64,000 nt of DNA from Squalus acanthias. Lineage: Eukaryota. A program made the position numbers and the translations under genes. Positions 12,501-26,021 of the stretch are shown piece by piece; position 1 is the stretch's first letter, and each line of letters begins with the position of its first letter. Under the pieces are notes generated by a model. The model had not been told where the DNA came from and searched no databases. It saw only the letters and a list, made by a program, of their open reading frames with translations. The stretch is from NCBI GenBank assembly GCA_030390025.1, contig CM059438.1:60142001-60206000 (forward strand). Reading direction: 5' to 3'.

Positions 12501-15500
12501 TACTGTAATGGGGCAGTGAGTTATTAAGGTATTTCTGTGTGTGCTAGATGTGTACAGTAATGGGGCAGTGAGTTATTAAGGTATCTGTGTGTGCACTAGA
12601 TGTGTACAGTAATGGGGCAGTGAGTTATTCAGGTATCTGTGTATGCACTAGATGTGTACAGTAACAGACAGTGAGTTATTAAGGAATCTGGGTGTGTACT
12701 AGATGTGTACAGTAATGGGGCAGTGAGTTATTAAGGTATCTGTGTGTGTACCAGATGTGTACAGTAATGGGGCAGTGAGTTATTCAGGTATCCGTGTATG
12801 CACTAGATGTGTACAGTAACAGACAGTGAGTTATTAAGGAATCTGGGTGTGTACTAGATGTGTACAGTAATGGGGCAGTGAGTTATTAAGGTATCTGTGT
12901 GTGTACCAGATGTGTACAGTAATTGGGGCAGTCAATTATTAAGGAATCTGTGTGTGAGCACTAGATGTGTGCAGTAATGGGGCAGTGAGTTATTAAGGTA
13001 TCTGTGTGTGCACTAGATGTGTACAGTAATGGGGCAGTGAGTTTCAAGGTATCTGTGTGTGCACTAGATGTGTACAGTAATGGGGCAGTGAGTTTTTATG
13101 CTATCTGTGTGCACTAGATGTGTACAGTAATGGGGCAGTGAGTTATTAAGGTATCTGCTTGACCACTAGATGTGTAGAGTAATGGGGCAGTGAGTTTCAA
13201 GGTATCTGTGTGTGCACTGGATGTGTACAGTAATGGGGCAGTGCGTTATTAAGGTATCTGTGTGTGTACTAGATGTGTACAGTAATGGGGCAGTCAGTTA
13301 TTAACGTATCTGTGTGTGTACTAGATGTGTACAGTAATGGGTGAGTGATTTATTAAGGTATCTGTGTGTGCACTAGATGTGTACAGTAATGGTTAAGTGA
13401 GTTATTGAGGTATCTGTGTGTGCACTAGATGTGTACAGTAATGCGGCAGTGCGTTATTAAGGTATCTGTGTGTGCACTAGATGTGAACAGTAATGGGGCA
13501 GTGAGTTATTAAGGTTTCTGTGTATGTACGAGATGTGTGCAGTAATGGGGCAGTGAGTTATTAAGGTATCTGTGTGTACACTAGATGTGTACAGTAATGG
13601 GGCAGTGAGTTATTAAGGTATCTGTGTGTACACTAGATGTGTACAGTAATGGGGCAGTCAGTTATTAAGGTATCTGTGTGTGCACTAGATGTGTACAGTA
13701 ATGGGGCAGTCAGTTATTAAGGTATCTGTGTGTGCACTAGATGTGTACAGTAATGGGGCAGTGAGTTATTAAGGTATCAGTGTGCATTCGATGTGTACAG
13801 TAATGGGGCACTGAGTTATTAAGGTATCAGTGTGCATTTGATGTGAACAGTAATCGGGCAGTGAGGTATTAAGGTATCAGTGTGCATTTGATGTGAACAG
13901 TAATCGGGCAGTGAGGTATTAAGGTATCTGTGTGTCCACTAGATTTGTACAGTAATGGGGCAGTGAGTTATTAAGGTATCTGTGTGTCCACTAGATGTGT
14001 ACAGTAATGGGGCAGTGAGTTATTAAGTTATCTGTGTGTGCACCAGATGTGTACATTAATGGGGCAGTGAGGTATTAAGGTATCTGTGTGTCCACTAGAT
14101 GTGTATAGTAATGGGGCAGTGAGTTATTAAGGTATATGTGTGTGCATTAGATGTGTACAGAAATGGGACAGTGAGTTATTAAGGTATATGTGTGTGCACT
14201 AGACGTGTAGAGTAATGGGGCAGAGAGATATTAAGGTATCTGTGTGTGCACTAGATGTGTACAATAATGGGGCTGTGAGCTTTAAGGTATCCGTGTGTGC
14301 ATTAGATGTGTACAGTAATGGGGCGGTGAGTTCTAAATGTATCTGTGTGTGCACTAGATGTGTACAGTAATGGGGCAGTGAGTTATTGAGGCATCCGTGT
14401 GTGCACTAGATGTGTACTGTAATGGGGCAGTGAATTATTAATGTATCTGTGTGCACTAGATGTGTACAGTAATGGGGCAGTGAGTTATTAAGGTATTTCT
14501 GTGTGTGCTAGATGTGTACAGTAATGGGGCAGTGAGTTATTAAGGTATCTGTGTGTGCACTAGATGTGTACAGTAATGGGGCAGTGAGTTATTAAGGTAT
14601 CTGTGTGTACACTAGATGTGTACAGTAATGGGGCAGTCAGTTATTAAGGTATCTGTGTGTGCACTAGATGTGTACAGTAATGGGGCAGTCAGTTATTAAG
14701 GTATCTGTGTGTGCACTAGATGTGTACAGTAATGGGGCAGTGAGTTATTAAGGTATCAGTGTGCATTCGATGTGTACAGTAATGGGGCACTGAGTTATTA
14801 AGGTATCAGTGTGCATTTGATGTGAACAGTAATGGGGCAGTGAGTTATTAAGGTATCAGTGTGCATTTGATGTGAACAGTAATCGGGCAGTGAGGTATTA
14901 AGGTATCTGTGTGTCCACTAGATTTGTACAGTAATGGGGCAGTGAGTTATTAAGGTATCTGTGTGTCCACTAGATGTGTACAGTAATGGGGCAGTGAGTT
15001 ATTAAGTTATCTGTGTGTGCACCAGATGTGTACATTAATGGGGCAGTGAGGTATTAAGGTATCTGTGTGTGCATTAGATTTGTACAGTAATGGGGCGGTG
15101 AGTTCTAAATGTATCTGTGTGTGCACTAGATGTGTACAGTAATGGGGCAGTGAGTTATTGAGGCATCCATGTGTGCACTAGATGTGTACTGTAATGGGGC
15201 AGTGAATTATTAATGTGTCTGTGTGCACTAGATGTGTACTGTAATGGGGCAGTGAGTTATTAAGGTATTTCTGTGTGTGCTAGATGTGTACAGTAATGGG
15301 GCAGTGAGTTATTAAGGTATCTGTGTGTGCACTAGATGTGTACAGTAATGGGGCAGTGAGTTATTCAGGTATCTGTGTATGCACTAGATGTGTACAGTAA
15401 CAGACAGTGAGTTATTAAGGAATCTGGGTGTGTACTAGATGTGTACAGTAATGGGGCAGTGAGTTATTAAGGTATCTGTGTGTGTACCAGATGTGTACAG

Positions 15501-18500
15501 TAATGGGGCAGTGAGTTATTCAGGTATCCGTGTATGCACTAGATGTGTACAGTAACAGACAGTGAGTTATTAAGGAATCTGGGTGTGTATTAGATGTGTA
15601 CAGTAATGGGGCAGTGAGTTATTAAGGTATCTGTGTGTGTACCAGATGTGTACAGTCATTGGGGCAGTCAATTATTAAGGAATCTGTGTGTGAGCACTAG
15701 ATGTGTGCAGTAATGGGGCAGTGAGTTATTAAGGTATCTGTGTGTGCACTAGATGTGTACAGTAATGGGGCAGTGAGTTTCAAGGTATCTGTGTGTGCAC
15801 CAGATGTGTACAGTAATGGGGCAGTGAGTTTTTATGCTATCTGTGTGCACTAGATGTGTACAGTAATGGGGCAGTGAGTTATTAAGGTATCTGCTTGACC
15901 ACTAGATGTGTAGAGTAATGGGGCAGTGAGTTTCAAGGTATCTGTGTGTGCACTGGATGTGTACAGTAATGGGGCAGTGCGTTATTAAGGTATCTGTGTG
16001 TGTACTAGATGTGTACAGTAATGGGGCAGTCAGTTATTAACGTATCTGTGTGTGTACTAGATGTGTACAGTAATGGGTGAGTGATTTATTAAGGTATCTG
16101 TGTGTGCACTAGATGTGTACAGTAATGGTTAAGTGAGTTATTGAGGTATCTGTGTGTGCACTAGATGTGTACAGTAATGCGGCAGTGCGTTATTAAGGTA
16201 TCTGTGTGTGCACTAGATGTGAACAGTAATGGGGCAGTGAGTTATTAAGGTTTCTGTGTATGTACGAGATGTGTGCAGTAATGGGGCAGTGAGTTATTAA
16301 GGTATCTGTGTGTACACTAGATGTGTACAGTAATGGGGCAGTGAGTTATTAAGGTATCTGTGTGTACACTAGATGTGTACAGTAATGGGGCAGTCAGTTA
16401 TTAAGGTATCTGTGTGTGCACTAGATGTGTACATTAATGGGGCAGTCAGTTATTAAGGTATCTGTGTGTGCACTAGATGTGTACAGTAATGGGGCAGTGA
16501 GTTATTAAGGTATCAGTGTGCATTTGATGTGAACAGTAATCGGGCAGTGAGGTATTAAGGTATCAGTGTGCATTTGATGTGAACAGTAATCGGGCAGTGA
16601 GGTATTAAGGTATCTGTGTGTCCACTAGATTTGTACAGTAATGGGGCAGTGAGTTATTAAGGTATCTGTGTGTCCACTAGATGTGTACAGTAATGGGGCA
16701 GTGAGTTATTAAGTTATCTGTGTGTGCACCAGATGTGTACATTAATGGGGCAGTGAGGTATTAAGGTATCTGTGTGTCCACTAGATGTGTATAGTAATGG
16801 GGCAGTGAGTTATTAAGGTATATGTGTGTGCATTAGATGTGTACAGAAATGGGACAGTGAGTTATTAAGGTATATGTGTGTGCACTAGACGTGTAGAGTA
16901 ATGGGGCAGAGAGATATTAAGGTATCTGTGTGTGCACTAGATGTGTACAATAATGGGGCTGTGAGCTTTAAGGTATCCGTGTGTGCATTAGATGTGTACA
17001 GTAATGGGGCGGTGAGTTCTAAATGTATCTGTGTGTGCACTAGATGTGTACAGTAATGGGGCAGTGAGTTATTGAGGCATCCGTGTGTGCACTAGATGTG
17101 TACTGTAATGGGGCAGTGAATTATTAATGTATCTGTGTGCACTAGATGTGTACTGTAATGGGGCAGTGAGTTATTAAGGTATTTCTGTGTGTGCTAGATG
17201 TGTACAGTAATGGGGCAGTGAGTTATTAAGGTATCTGTGTGTGCACTAGATGTGTACAGTAATGGGGCAGTGAGTTATTCAGGTATCTGTGTATGCACTA
17301 GATGTGTACAGTAACAGACAGTGAGTTATTAAGGAATCTGGGTGTGTACTAGATTTGTACAGTAATGGGGTAGTGAGTTATTAAGGTATCTGTGTTCGCA
17401 CTAGATGTGTACAGTGATGGGGCAGTGAGTTATTAAGGTATCTGTGTGTCCACCAGATGTGTACTGTAATGGGGCAGTGAATTATTAAGGTATCTGTGTG
17501 CACTAGATGTGTACAGTAATGGGGCAGTGAGTTATTAAGGTATTTCTGTGTGTGCTAGATGTGTACAGTAATGGGGCAGTGAGTTATTAAGGTATCTGTG
17601 TGTGCACTAGATGTGTACAGTAATGGGGCAGTGAGTTATTAAGGTATCTGTGTGTACACTAGATGTGTACAGTAATGGGGCAGTCAGTTATTAAGGTATC
17701 TGTGTGTGCACTAGATGTGTACAGTAATGGGGCAGTCAGTTATTAAGGTATCTGTGTGTGCACTAGATGTGTACAGTAATGGGGCAGTGAGTTATTAAGG
17801 TATCAGTGTGCATTCGATGTGTACAGTAATGGGGCACTGAGTTATTAAGGTATCAGTGTGCATTTGATGTGAACAGTAATGGGGCAGTGAGTTATTAAGG
17901 TATCAGTGTGCATTTGATGTGAACAGTAATCGGGCAGTGAGGTATTAAGGTATCTGTGTGTCCACTAGATTTGTACAGTAATGGGGCAGTGAGTTATTAA
18001 GGTATCTGTGTGTCCACTAGATGTGTACAGTAATGGGGCAGTGAGTTATTAAGTTATCTGTGTGTGCACCAGATGTGTACATTAATGGGGCAGTGAGGTA
18101 TTAAGGTATCTGTGTGTGCATTAGATTTGTACAGTAATGGGGCGGTGAGTTCTAAATGTATCTGTGTGTGCACTAGATGTGTACAGTAATGGGGCAGTGA
18201 GTTATTGAGGCATCCATGTGTGCACTAGATGTGTACTGTAATGGGGCAGTGAATTATTAATGTATCTGTGTGCACTAGATGTGTACTGTAATGGGGCAGT
18301 GAGTTATTAAGGTATTTCTGTGTGTGCTAGATGTGTACAGTAATGGGGCAGTGAGTTATTAAGGTATCTGTGTGTGCACTAGATGTGTACAGTAATGGGG
18401 CAGTGAGTTATTCAGGTATCTGTGTATGCACTAGATGTGTACAGTAACAGACAGTGAGTTATTAAGGAATCTGGGTGTGTACTAGATGTGTACAGTAATG

Positions 18501-21500
18501 GGGCAGTGAGTTATTAAGGTATCTGTGTGTGTACCAGATGTGTACAGTAATGGGGCAGTGAGTTATTCAGGTATCCGTGTATGCACTAGATGTGTACAGT
18601 AACAGACAGTGAGTTATTAAGGAATCTGGGTGTGTACTAGATGTGTACAGTAATGGGGCAGTGAGTTATTAAGGTATCTGTGTGTGTACCAGATGTGTAC
18701 AGTAATTGGGGCAGTCAATTATTAAGGAATCTGTGTGTGAGCACTAGATGTGTGCAGTAATGGGGCAGTGAGTTATTAAGGTATCTGTGTGTGCACTAGA
18801 TGTGTACAGTAATGGGGCAGTGAGTTTCAAGGTATCTGTGTGTGCACTAGATGTGTACAGTAATGGGGCAGTGAGTTTTTATGCTATCTGTGTGCACTAG
18901 ATGTGTACAGTAATGGGGCAGTGAGTTATTAAGGTATCTGCTTGACCACTAGATGTGTAGAGTAATGGGGCAGTGAGTTTCAAGGTATCTGTGTGTGCAC
19001 TGGATGTGTACAGTAATGGGGCAGTGCGTTATTAAGGTATCTGTGTGTGTACTAGATGTGTACAGTAATGGGGCAGTCAGTTATTAACGTATCTGTGTGT
19101 GTACTAGATGTGTACAGTAATGGGTGAGTGATTTATTAAGGTATCTGTGTGTGCACTAGATGTGTACAGTAATGGTTAAGTGAGTTATTGAGGTATCTGT
19201 GTGTGCACTAGATGTGTACAGTAATGCGGCAGTGCGTTATTAAGGTATCTGTGTGTGCACTAGATGTGAACAGTAATGGGGCAGTGAGTTATTAAGGTTT
19301 CTGTGTATGTACGAGATGTGTGCAGTAATGGGGCAGTGAGTTATTAAGGTATCTGTGTGTACACTAGATGTGTACAGTAATGGGGCAGTGAGTTATTAAG
19401 GTATCTGTGTGTACACTAGATGTGTACAGTAATGGGGCAGTCAGTTATTAAGGTATCTGTGTGTGCACTAGATGTGTACAGTAATGGGGCAGTCAGTTAT
19501 TAAGGTATCTGTGTGTGCACTAGATGTGTACAGTAATGGGGCAGTGAGTTATTAAGGTATCAGTGTGCATTTGATGTGAACAGTAATCGGGCAGTGAGGT
19601 ATTAAGGTATCAGTGTGCATTTGATGTGAACAGTAATCGGGCAGTGAGGTATTAAGGTATCTGTGTGTCCACTAGATTTGTACAGTAATGGGGCAGTGAG
19701 TTATTAAGGTATCTGTGTGTCCACTAGATGTGTACAGTAATGGGGCAGTGAGTTATTAAGTTATCTGTGTGTGCACCAGATGTGTACATTAATGGGGCAG
19801 TGAGGTATTAAGGTATCTGTGTGTCCACTAGATGTGTATAGTAATGGGGCAGTGAGTTATTAAGGTATATGTGTGTGCATTAGATGTGTACAGAAATGGG
19901 ACAGTGAGTTATTAAGGTATATGTGTGTGCACTAGACGTGTAGAGTAATGGGGCAGAGAGATATTAAGGTATCTGTGTGTGCACTAGATGTGTACAATAA
20001 TGGGGCTGTGAGCTTTAAGGTATCCGTGTGTGCATTAGATGTGTACAGTAATGGGGCGGTGAGTTCTAAATGTATCTGTGTGTGCACTAGATGTGTACAG
20101 TAATGGGGCAGTGAGTTATTGAGGCATCCGTGTGTGCACTAGATGTGTACTGTAATGGGGCAGTGAATTATTAATGTATCTGTGTGCACTAGATGTGTAC
20201 TGTAATGGGGCAGTGAGTTATTAAGGTATTTCTGTGTGTGCACAATGTGTACAGTAATGGGGCAGTGAGTTATTAAGGTATCTGTGTGTGCACTAGATGT
20301 GTACAGTAATGGGGCAGTGAGTTATTCAGGTATCTGTGTATGCACTAGATGTGTACAGTAACAGACAGTGAGTTATTAAGGAATCTGGGTGTGTACTAGA
20401 TTTGTACAGTAATGGGGTAGTGAGTTATTAAGGTATCTGTGTTCGCACTAGATGTGTACAGTGATGGGGCAGTGAGTTATTAAGGTATCTGTGTGTCCAC
20501 CAGATGTGTACTGTAATGTGGCAGTGAATTATTAAGGTATCTGTGTGCACTAGATGTGTACAGTAATGGGGCAGTGAGTTATTAAGGTATTTCTGTGTGT
20601 GCTAGATGTGTACAGTAATGGGGCAGTGAGTTATTAAGGTATCTGTGTGTGCACTAGATGTGTACAGTAATGGGGCAGTGAGTTATTAAGGTATCTGTGT
20701 GTACACTAGATGTGTACAGTAATGGGGCAGTCAGTTATTAAGGTATCTGTGTGTGCACTAGATGTGTACAGTAATGGGGCAGTCAGTTATTAAGGTATCT
20801 GTGTGTGCACTAGATGTGTACAGTAATGGGGCAGTGAGTTATTAAGGTATCAGTGTGCATTCGATGTGTACAGTAATGGGGCACTGAGTTATTAAGGTAT
20901 CAGTGTGCATTTGATGTGAACAGTAATGGGGTAGTGAGTTATTAAGGTATCAGTGTGCATTTGATGTGAACAGTAATCGGGCAGTGAGGTATTAAGGTAT
21001 CTGTGTGTCCACTAGATTTGTACAGTAATGGGGCAGTGAGTTATTAAGGTATCTGTGTGTGCGCTAGATGTGTACAGTAATAGGGCAGTGAGTTATTAAG
21101 TTATCTGTGTGTGCACTAGATGTGTACAGTAATGGGGCAGAGAGCTTTATGCTATCTGTGTGTGCACTAGATGTGTACTGTAATGGGGTAGTGAATTATT
21201 AATGTATCTGTGTATGCACTAGATGTGTAGAGTAATGGGGCAGTGATTAATTAAGGTCTCTGTGTGTGTACCAGATGTGTACAGTAATGTGGCAGTGAGT
21301 TATTCAGGTATTTGTGTGTGCACTTGATGTGTTCAGTAATGTGGCAGTGAGTTATTAAGGTATTTGTGTGCGTACTAGATGTGTACATTAATTGAGCAGT
21401 GAGTTATTTAAGTATCTGTGTGTACACTAGATGTGTACAGTAACGTGGCAGTGACTTATTACGGTATCTGTGTGCACTAGATGTGTACATTAATTGGGCA

Positions 21501-24500
21501 GTGAGTTATTAAGGTATCTGTGTGCGCACTAGCTGTGTACAGTAATGGGGCAGTGAGTTATTAAGGTATCTGTGTGTGCATTGCATGAGTACAGTAATGG
21601 GGCAGTGAATTATTCACGTATCTGTGTGTGCACTAGATGTGTACAGTAATGGGGGAGTGATTTATTAAGGTATCTGGGTGTGTACCAAATGTTTACAGTA
21701 ATGGGACAGTGAGTTTAAAGGTATCTGTGTGTGCAATAGATGTGTACAGTAATGGGGCAGTGAGTTATTAAGGTATCTGGGTCTGTGCTAGATGTGCACA
21801 GTAAATGGGCAGTGAGTTATTAAGGTATCTGTGTGTGCAATAGATGTGTACAGTAATGGGGCAGTGAGTTATTAAGGTATCTGTGCGCACTAGATGCGTA
21901 CAGTAATGGGGCAGTGAGTTATTAAGGTATCTGTGTGCATTATATGTGTACAGTAATGGGGCAGTGAATCATTCAGGTATCTGTCTGTGCACTAGATGTC
22001 TACAGTAATGGGGCAGTGAGTTATTCAGGTAACTGTGTGTGCACTAGATGTGTACAGTAATGGGGCAGAGAGTTATTAAGGTATCTGTGTGACCACTAGA
22101 TGTGTAGAGTACTGGGGCAGTCAGTTATTAAGGTTTCTGTGTATGTACGAGATGTGTACAGTAATGGGGCAGTGAGTTATTATGGTATCTGTGTGTGCAC
22201 GAGATGTGTGCAGTAATGGGGCAGTGAGTTATTCAGGTATCTGTGTGTGTACTAGATCTGCACAGTAATGGGGCAGTCTTTTATTAACGCATCTGTGTGT
22301 GTACTAGATGTGTACAGTAATGGGGCAGTGAGTTATTAAGGTATCTGTGTGTGCACTAGATGTGTACAGTAATGGGGCAGTGAGTTTCAAGGTATCTGTG
22401 TGTGCACTAGATGTGTACAGTAATGGGGCAGTGAGTTATTAAGGTATCTGCTTGACCACTAGATGTGTAGAGTAATGGGGCAGTGCATTATTAAGGTATC
22501 TGTGTGTGCACTAGATGTGAACAGTAATGGGGCAGTGAGTTATTAAGGTTTCTGTGTATGTACGAGATGTGTGCAGTAATGGGGCAGTGAGTTATTAAGG
22601 TTTCTGTGTATGTACGAGATGTGTGCAGTAATGGGGCAGTGAGTTATTAAGGTTTCTGTGTATGTACGAGATGTGTGCAGTAATGGGGCAGTGAGTTATT
22701 AAGGTTTCTGTGTATGTACGAGATGTGTGCAGTAATGGGGCAGTGAGTTATTAAGGTTTCTGTGTGTGCACTAGATGTGTACAGTAATGGGGCAGTGAGT
22801 TATTAAGGTATCTGCTTGACCACTAGATGTGTAGAGTAATGGGGCAGTGAGTTTCAAGGTATCTGTGTGTGTACTAGATGTGAACAGTAATGGGGCAGTG
22901 AGATTTTATGGTATCTGTGTGTGCACTAGATGTGTACAGTAATGGGGCAGTGAGTTATTAAGGTATCTGTGTGTGTACTAGATGTGTACAGTAGTGGGGC
23001 AGTCAGTTATTAACATATCTGTGTTTGTACTAGATGTGTACAGTAATGGGTGAGTGATTTATTAAGGTATCTGCTTGACCACTAGATGTGTAGAGTAATG
23101 GGGCAGTGAGTTTCAAGGTATCTGTGTGTGTACTAGATGTGAACAGTAATGGGGCAGTGAGATTTTATGGTATCTGTGTGTGCACTAGATGTGTACAGTA
23201 ATGGGGCAGTGAGTTATTAAGGTATCTGTGTGTGTACTAGATGTGTACAGTAGTGGGGCAGTCAGTTATTAACATATCTGTGTTTGTACTAGATGTGTAC
23301 AGTAATGGGTGAGTGATTTATTAAGGTATCTGTGTGTGCACTAGATGTGTACAGTAATGGTTAAGTGAGTTATTGAGGTATCTGTGTGTGCACTAGATGT
23401 GTACAGTAATGCGGCAGTGCATTATTAAGGTATCTGTGTGTGCACTAGATGTGAACAGTAATGGGGCAGTGAGTTATTAAGGTATCTGTGTGTGCACTAG
23501 ATGTGTACAGTAATGGGGGATGGAGTTATTAAAGTAAATGTGTGTGCAATAGATGTTTACGTTAATGGGGCAGTGAGTTATTAAGGTATCTGTGTTTGCG
23601 TTAGATGTGTACAGTAATGGGGCAGTCAGTTATTAAGGTATCTGTGTATGTACTAGATGTGTACAGTAATGGGGCAGTGAGTTATTAAGGTATCTGTGTG
23701 TGCACTAGATGCGTACAGTAATGGGGCAATGAGTTATTAAGGTATCTGTGTGTGCACTAGATGTGTACAGTAATGGGGGATGGAGTTATTAAAGTAAATG
23801 TGTGTGCAATAGATGTTTACGTTAATGGGGCAGTGAGTTATTAAGGTATCTGTGTTTGCGTTAGATGTGTACAGTAATGGGGCAGTCAGTTATTAAGGTT
23901 TCTGTGTATGTACGAGATGTGTGCAGTAATGGGGCAGTGAGTTATTAAGGTTTCTGTGTATGTACGAGATGTGTGCAGTAATGGGGCAGTGAGTTATTAA
24001 GGTATCTGTGTGTGTACTAGATGTGAACAGTCATGGGGCAGTGAGTTATTATGGTATCTGTGTGTGCACTAGATGTGAACAGTAATGGGGCAGTGAGTTA
24101 TTAAGGTATCTGTGTGTGCACTAGATGTGTACAGTAATGGGGGATGGAGTTATTAAAGTAAATGTGTGTGCAATAGATGTTTACGTTAATGGGGCAGTGA
24201 GTTATTAAGGAACTGTGTTTGCGTTAGATGTGTACAGTAATGGGGCAGTCAGTTATTAAGGTATCTGTGTATGTACTAGATGTGTACAGTAATGGGGCAG
24301 TGAGTTATTAAGGTATCTGTGTGTGCACTAGATGCGTACAGTAATGGGGCAGTGAGTTATTATGGTATCTTTGTGACCACTAGATGTGTCGACTAATGGG
24401 GCAGTGAGTTATTAAGGTATCTGTGTATGTACTAGATGTGTACAGTAATGGGCAATTGAGTTATTCAGGTATCTGCGTGTGTACTAGATGTGTACAGCAA

Positions 24501-25858
24501 TGGGGCAGTGAGTTATTAAGGTATCTGTGTGCACTGGATGTGTACAGTAAAGGGGCACTGAGTTATTAAGGTATCTGTGTGTTCATTAGATGTGTACTGT
24601 GATAGGGCAGTGAATCATTCAGGTATCTGTGTGCACTAGATGTGTACAGTAATGGGGGAGTGATTTATTAAGGTATCTGGGTGTGCACTAGATGTGTGCA
24701 GTCATGGGAGAGTGATGTATTCAGGAGTTTGTGTGTGCGCTAGATGTGTACAGTAATGAGGCAGTGAGTTATTAAGGTATCTGTGTGCACTAGATGTGTG
24801 CAGTCATGGGAGAGTGATGTATTTAGGAGTTTGTGTGTGCACTAGATGTTTACAGTAATGAGGCAGTGAGTTATTAAAGTATCTGTGTGCACTGGATCTG
24901 TACAGCAATGGGGCAGTGAGTTATTCAGGTATCTGTGTGTGCAGTCGATGTGTACAATAATGAGGCAGTGAGTTATTAAGGTATCTGTGTACACTAGATG
25001 TGCACAGTAGTGGGGCAGTGAGTTATTAAGGTATCTGTCTGTGCAGTAGATGTGCACAGTAATGAGGCAGTGAGATATTGGCCCAGAAATTAAAGACGGA
25101 GCCTTCCTGCGGGGGTAAGGCTTCCCCGCGATATCTCACTGCGCGCCTGCCTTTTCCTTCCGAGCTCACACGAACTTTAGTTTCAAGACTGCAGCTGTGC
25201 AGTGTGTGCGTATCCCACAGACGCAGTTAATTCGTGCGAGCTGTGGGATCATGTGATTCAGTTAGAGCCAATGGCAGCACACCATCTTTCATTCATAGTT
25301 TTCACAGCAAGGGCTGTCAAAGCTATGAATCTATACCCCCCCAAAAGAACAGCTAAACCTCAATTAAATTTTTTTTAAAAACCATCACATTAATAAAATA
25401 AGTATAGTTAAATAAATTAACCACTTTAAACAAAAAATTAAATTTTTGAAAAAATTTAAAATCTTTTTAAAAGTTATAAAAATAAACTTGCCTTTCTTTA
25501 AAGTCTCTAAAAAAGATATACCTGTTGAAAATAATTCAAAATAATAATTAACTACTTACCTTGTTAAAAGAGGGTCTTACGCCTCCTTTCTTTATGTGCG
25601 AAATCTTCCATGCTTACCTGCGCGTTCAAAGCACGAAGTGCACTGCGTGCGCGCAGCCTGTAGCGCGCACGCGGTTCACTTAGGAACCGCCCCCTTTTGA
25701 AATCACCAAGTGCCGGTTTTCAGCGCATGCGCAGTGCATGCAGAAAACCGACAATTGGAGACAGAATACGCGAGAGTACACAGTGCGTACTCTCGCGTAC
25801 TGAGACTAATTTTTGGGCCATTAAGGTATCTGTGGGTGCACTCGATGTGTAAAGTAAT
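6546..25858 (+). repeat. Satellite A, 52-bp monomer GGTATCTGTGTGTGCACTAGATGTGTACAGTAATGGGGCAGTGAGTTATTAA, ~19 kb, with higher-order repeats; MITE inserted near the right end
   Basis: Direct periodicity (e.g. 8161 vs 8213) and recurring diagnostic variants. Confidence 0.98.
25080..25819. mobile_element. Second copy of the MITE (740 bp), inserted in satellite A
   Basis: Termini GGCCCAGAAATTA...TAATTTTTGGGCC; ATT at 25077-25079 and 25820-25822; removing it restores the monomer gtgagatATTaaggtatc. Confidence 0.93.
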
Positions 25859-26021
25859 ATCAGTGTCGGGAACATTCAGGAAATCAGTACAAGTTGATAA
25901 CAGTGTACGGATGCAGTCAGGAAATCAATTCAAGGTGATATCAGTGCCAGATCCCGAACTGAAACTGTGGACTCACGGCCATCAGGGTGCCGCACGTACA
26001 CGTATGTAGGATTGACATCCG

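Noticed and set aside
24842..25057. 71-aa ORF and the many short ORFs antisense to LINE/Gypsy sequence
   Set aside because: These are translations of satellite or alternative frames of transposons, with no independent coding evidence.
6546..25858. CRISPR-like regular array
   Set aside because: Head-to-tail monomers with no unique spacers and no cas genes, in a eukaryotic context; this is a satellite.
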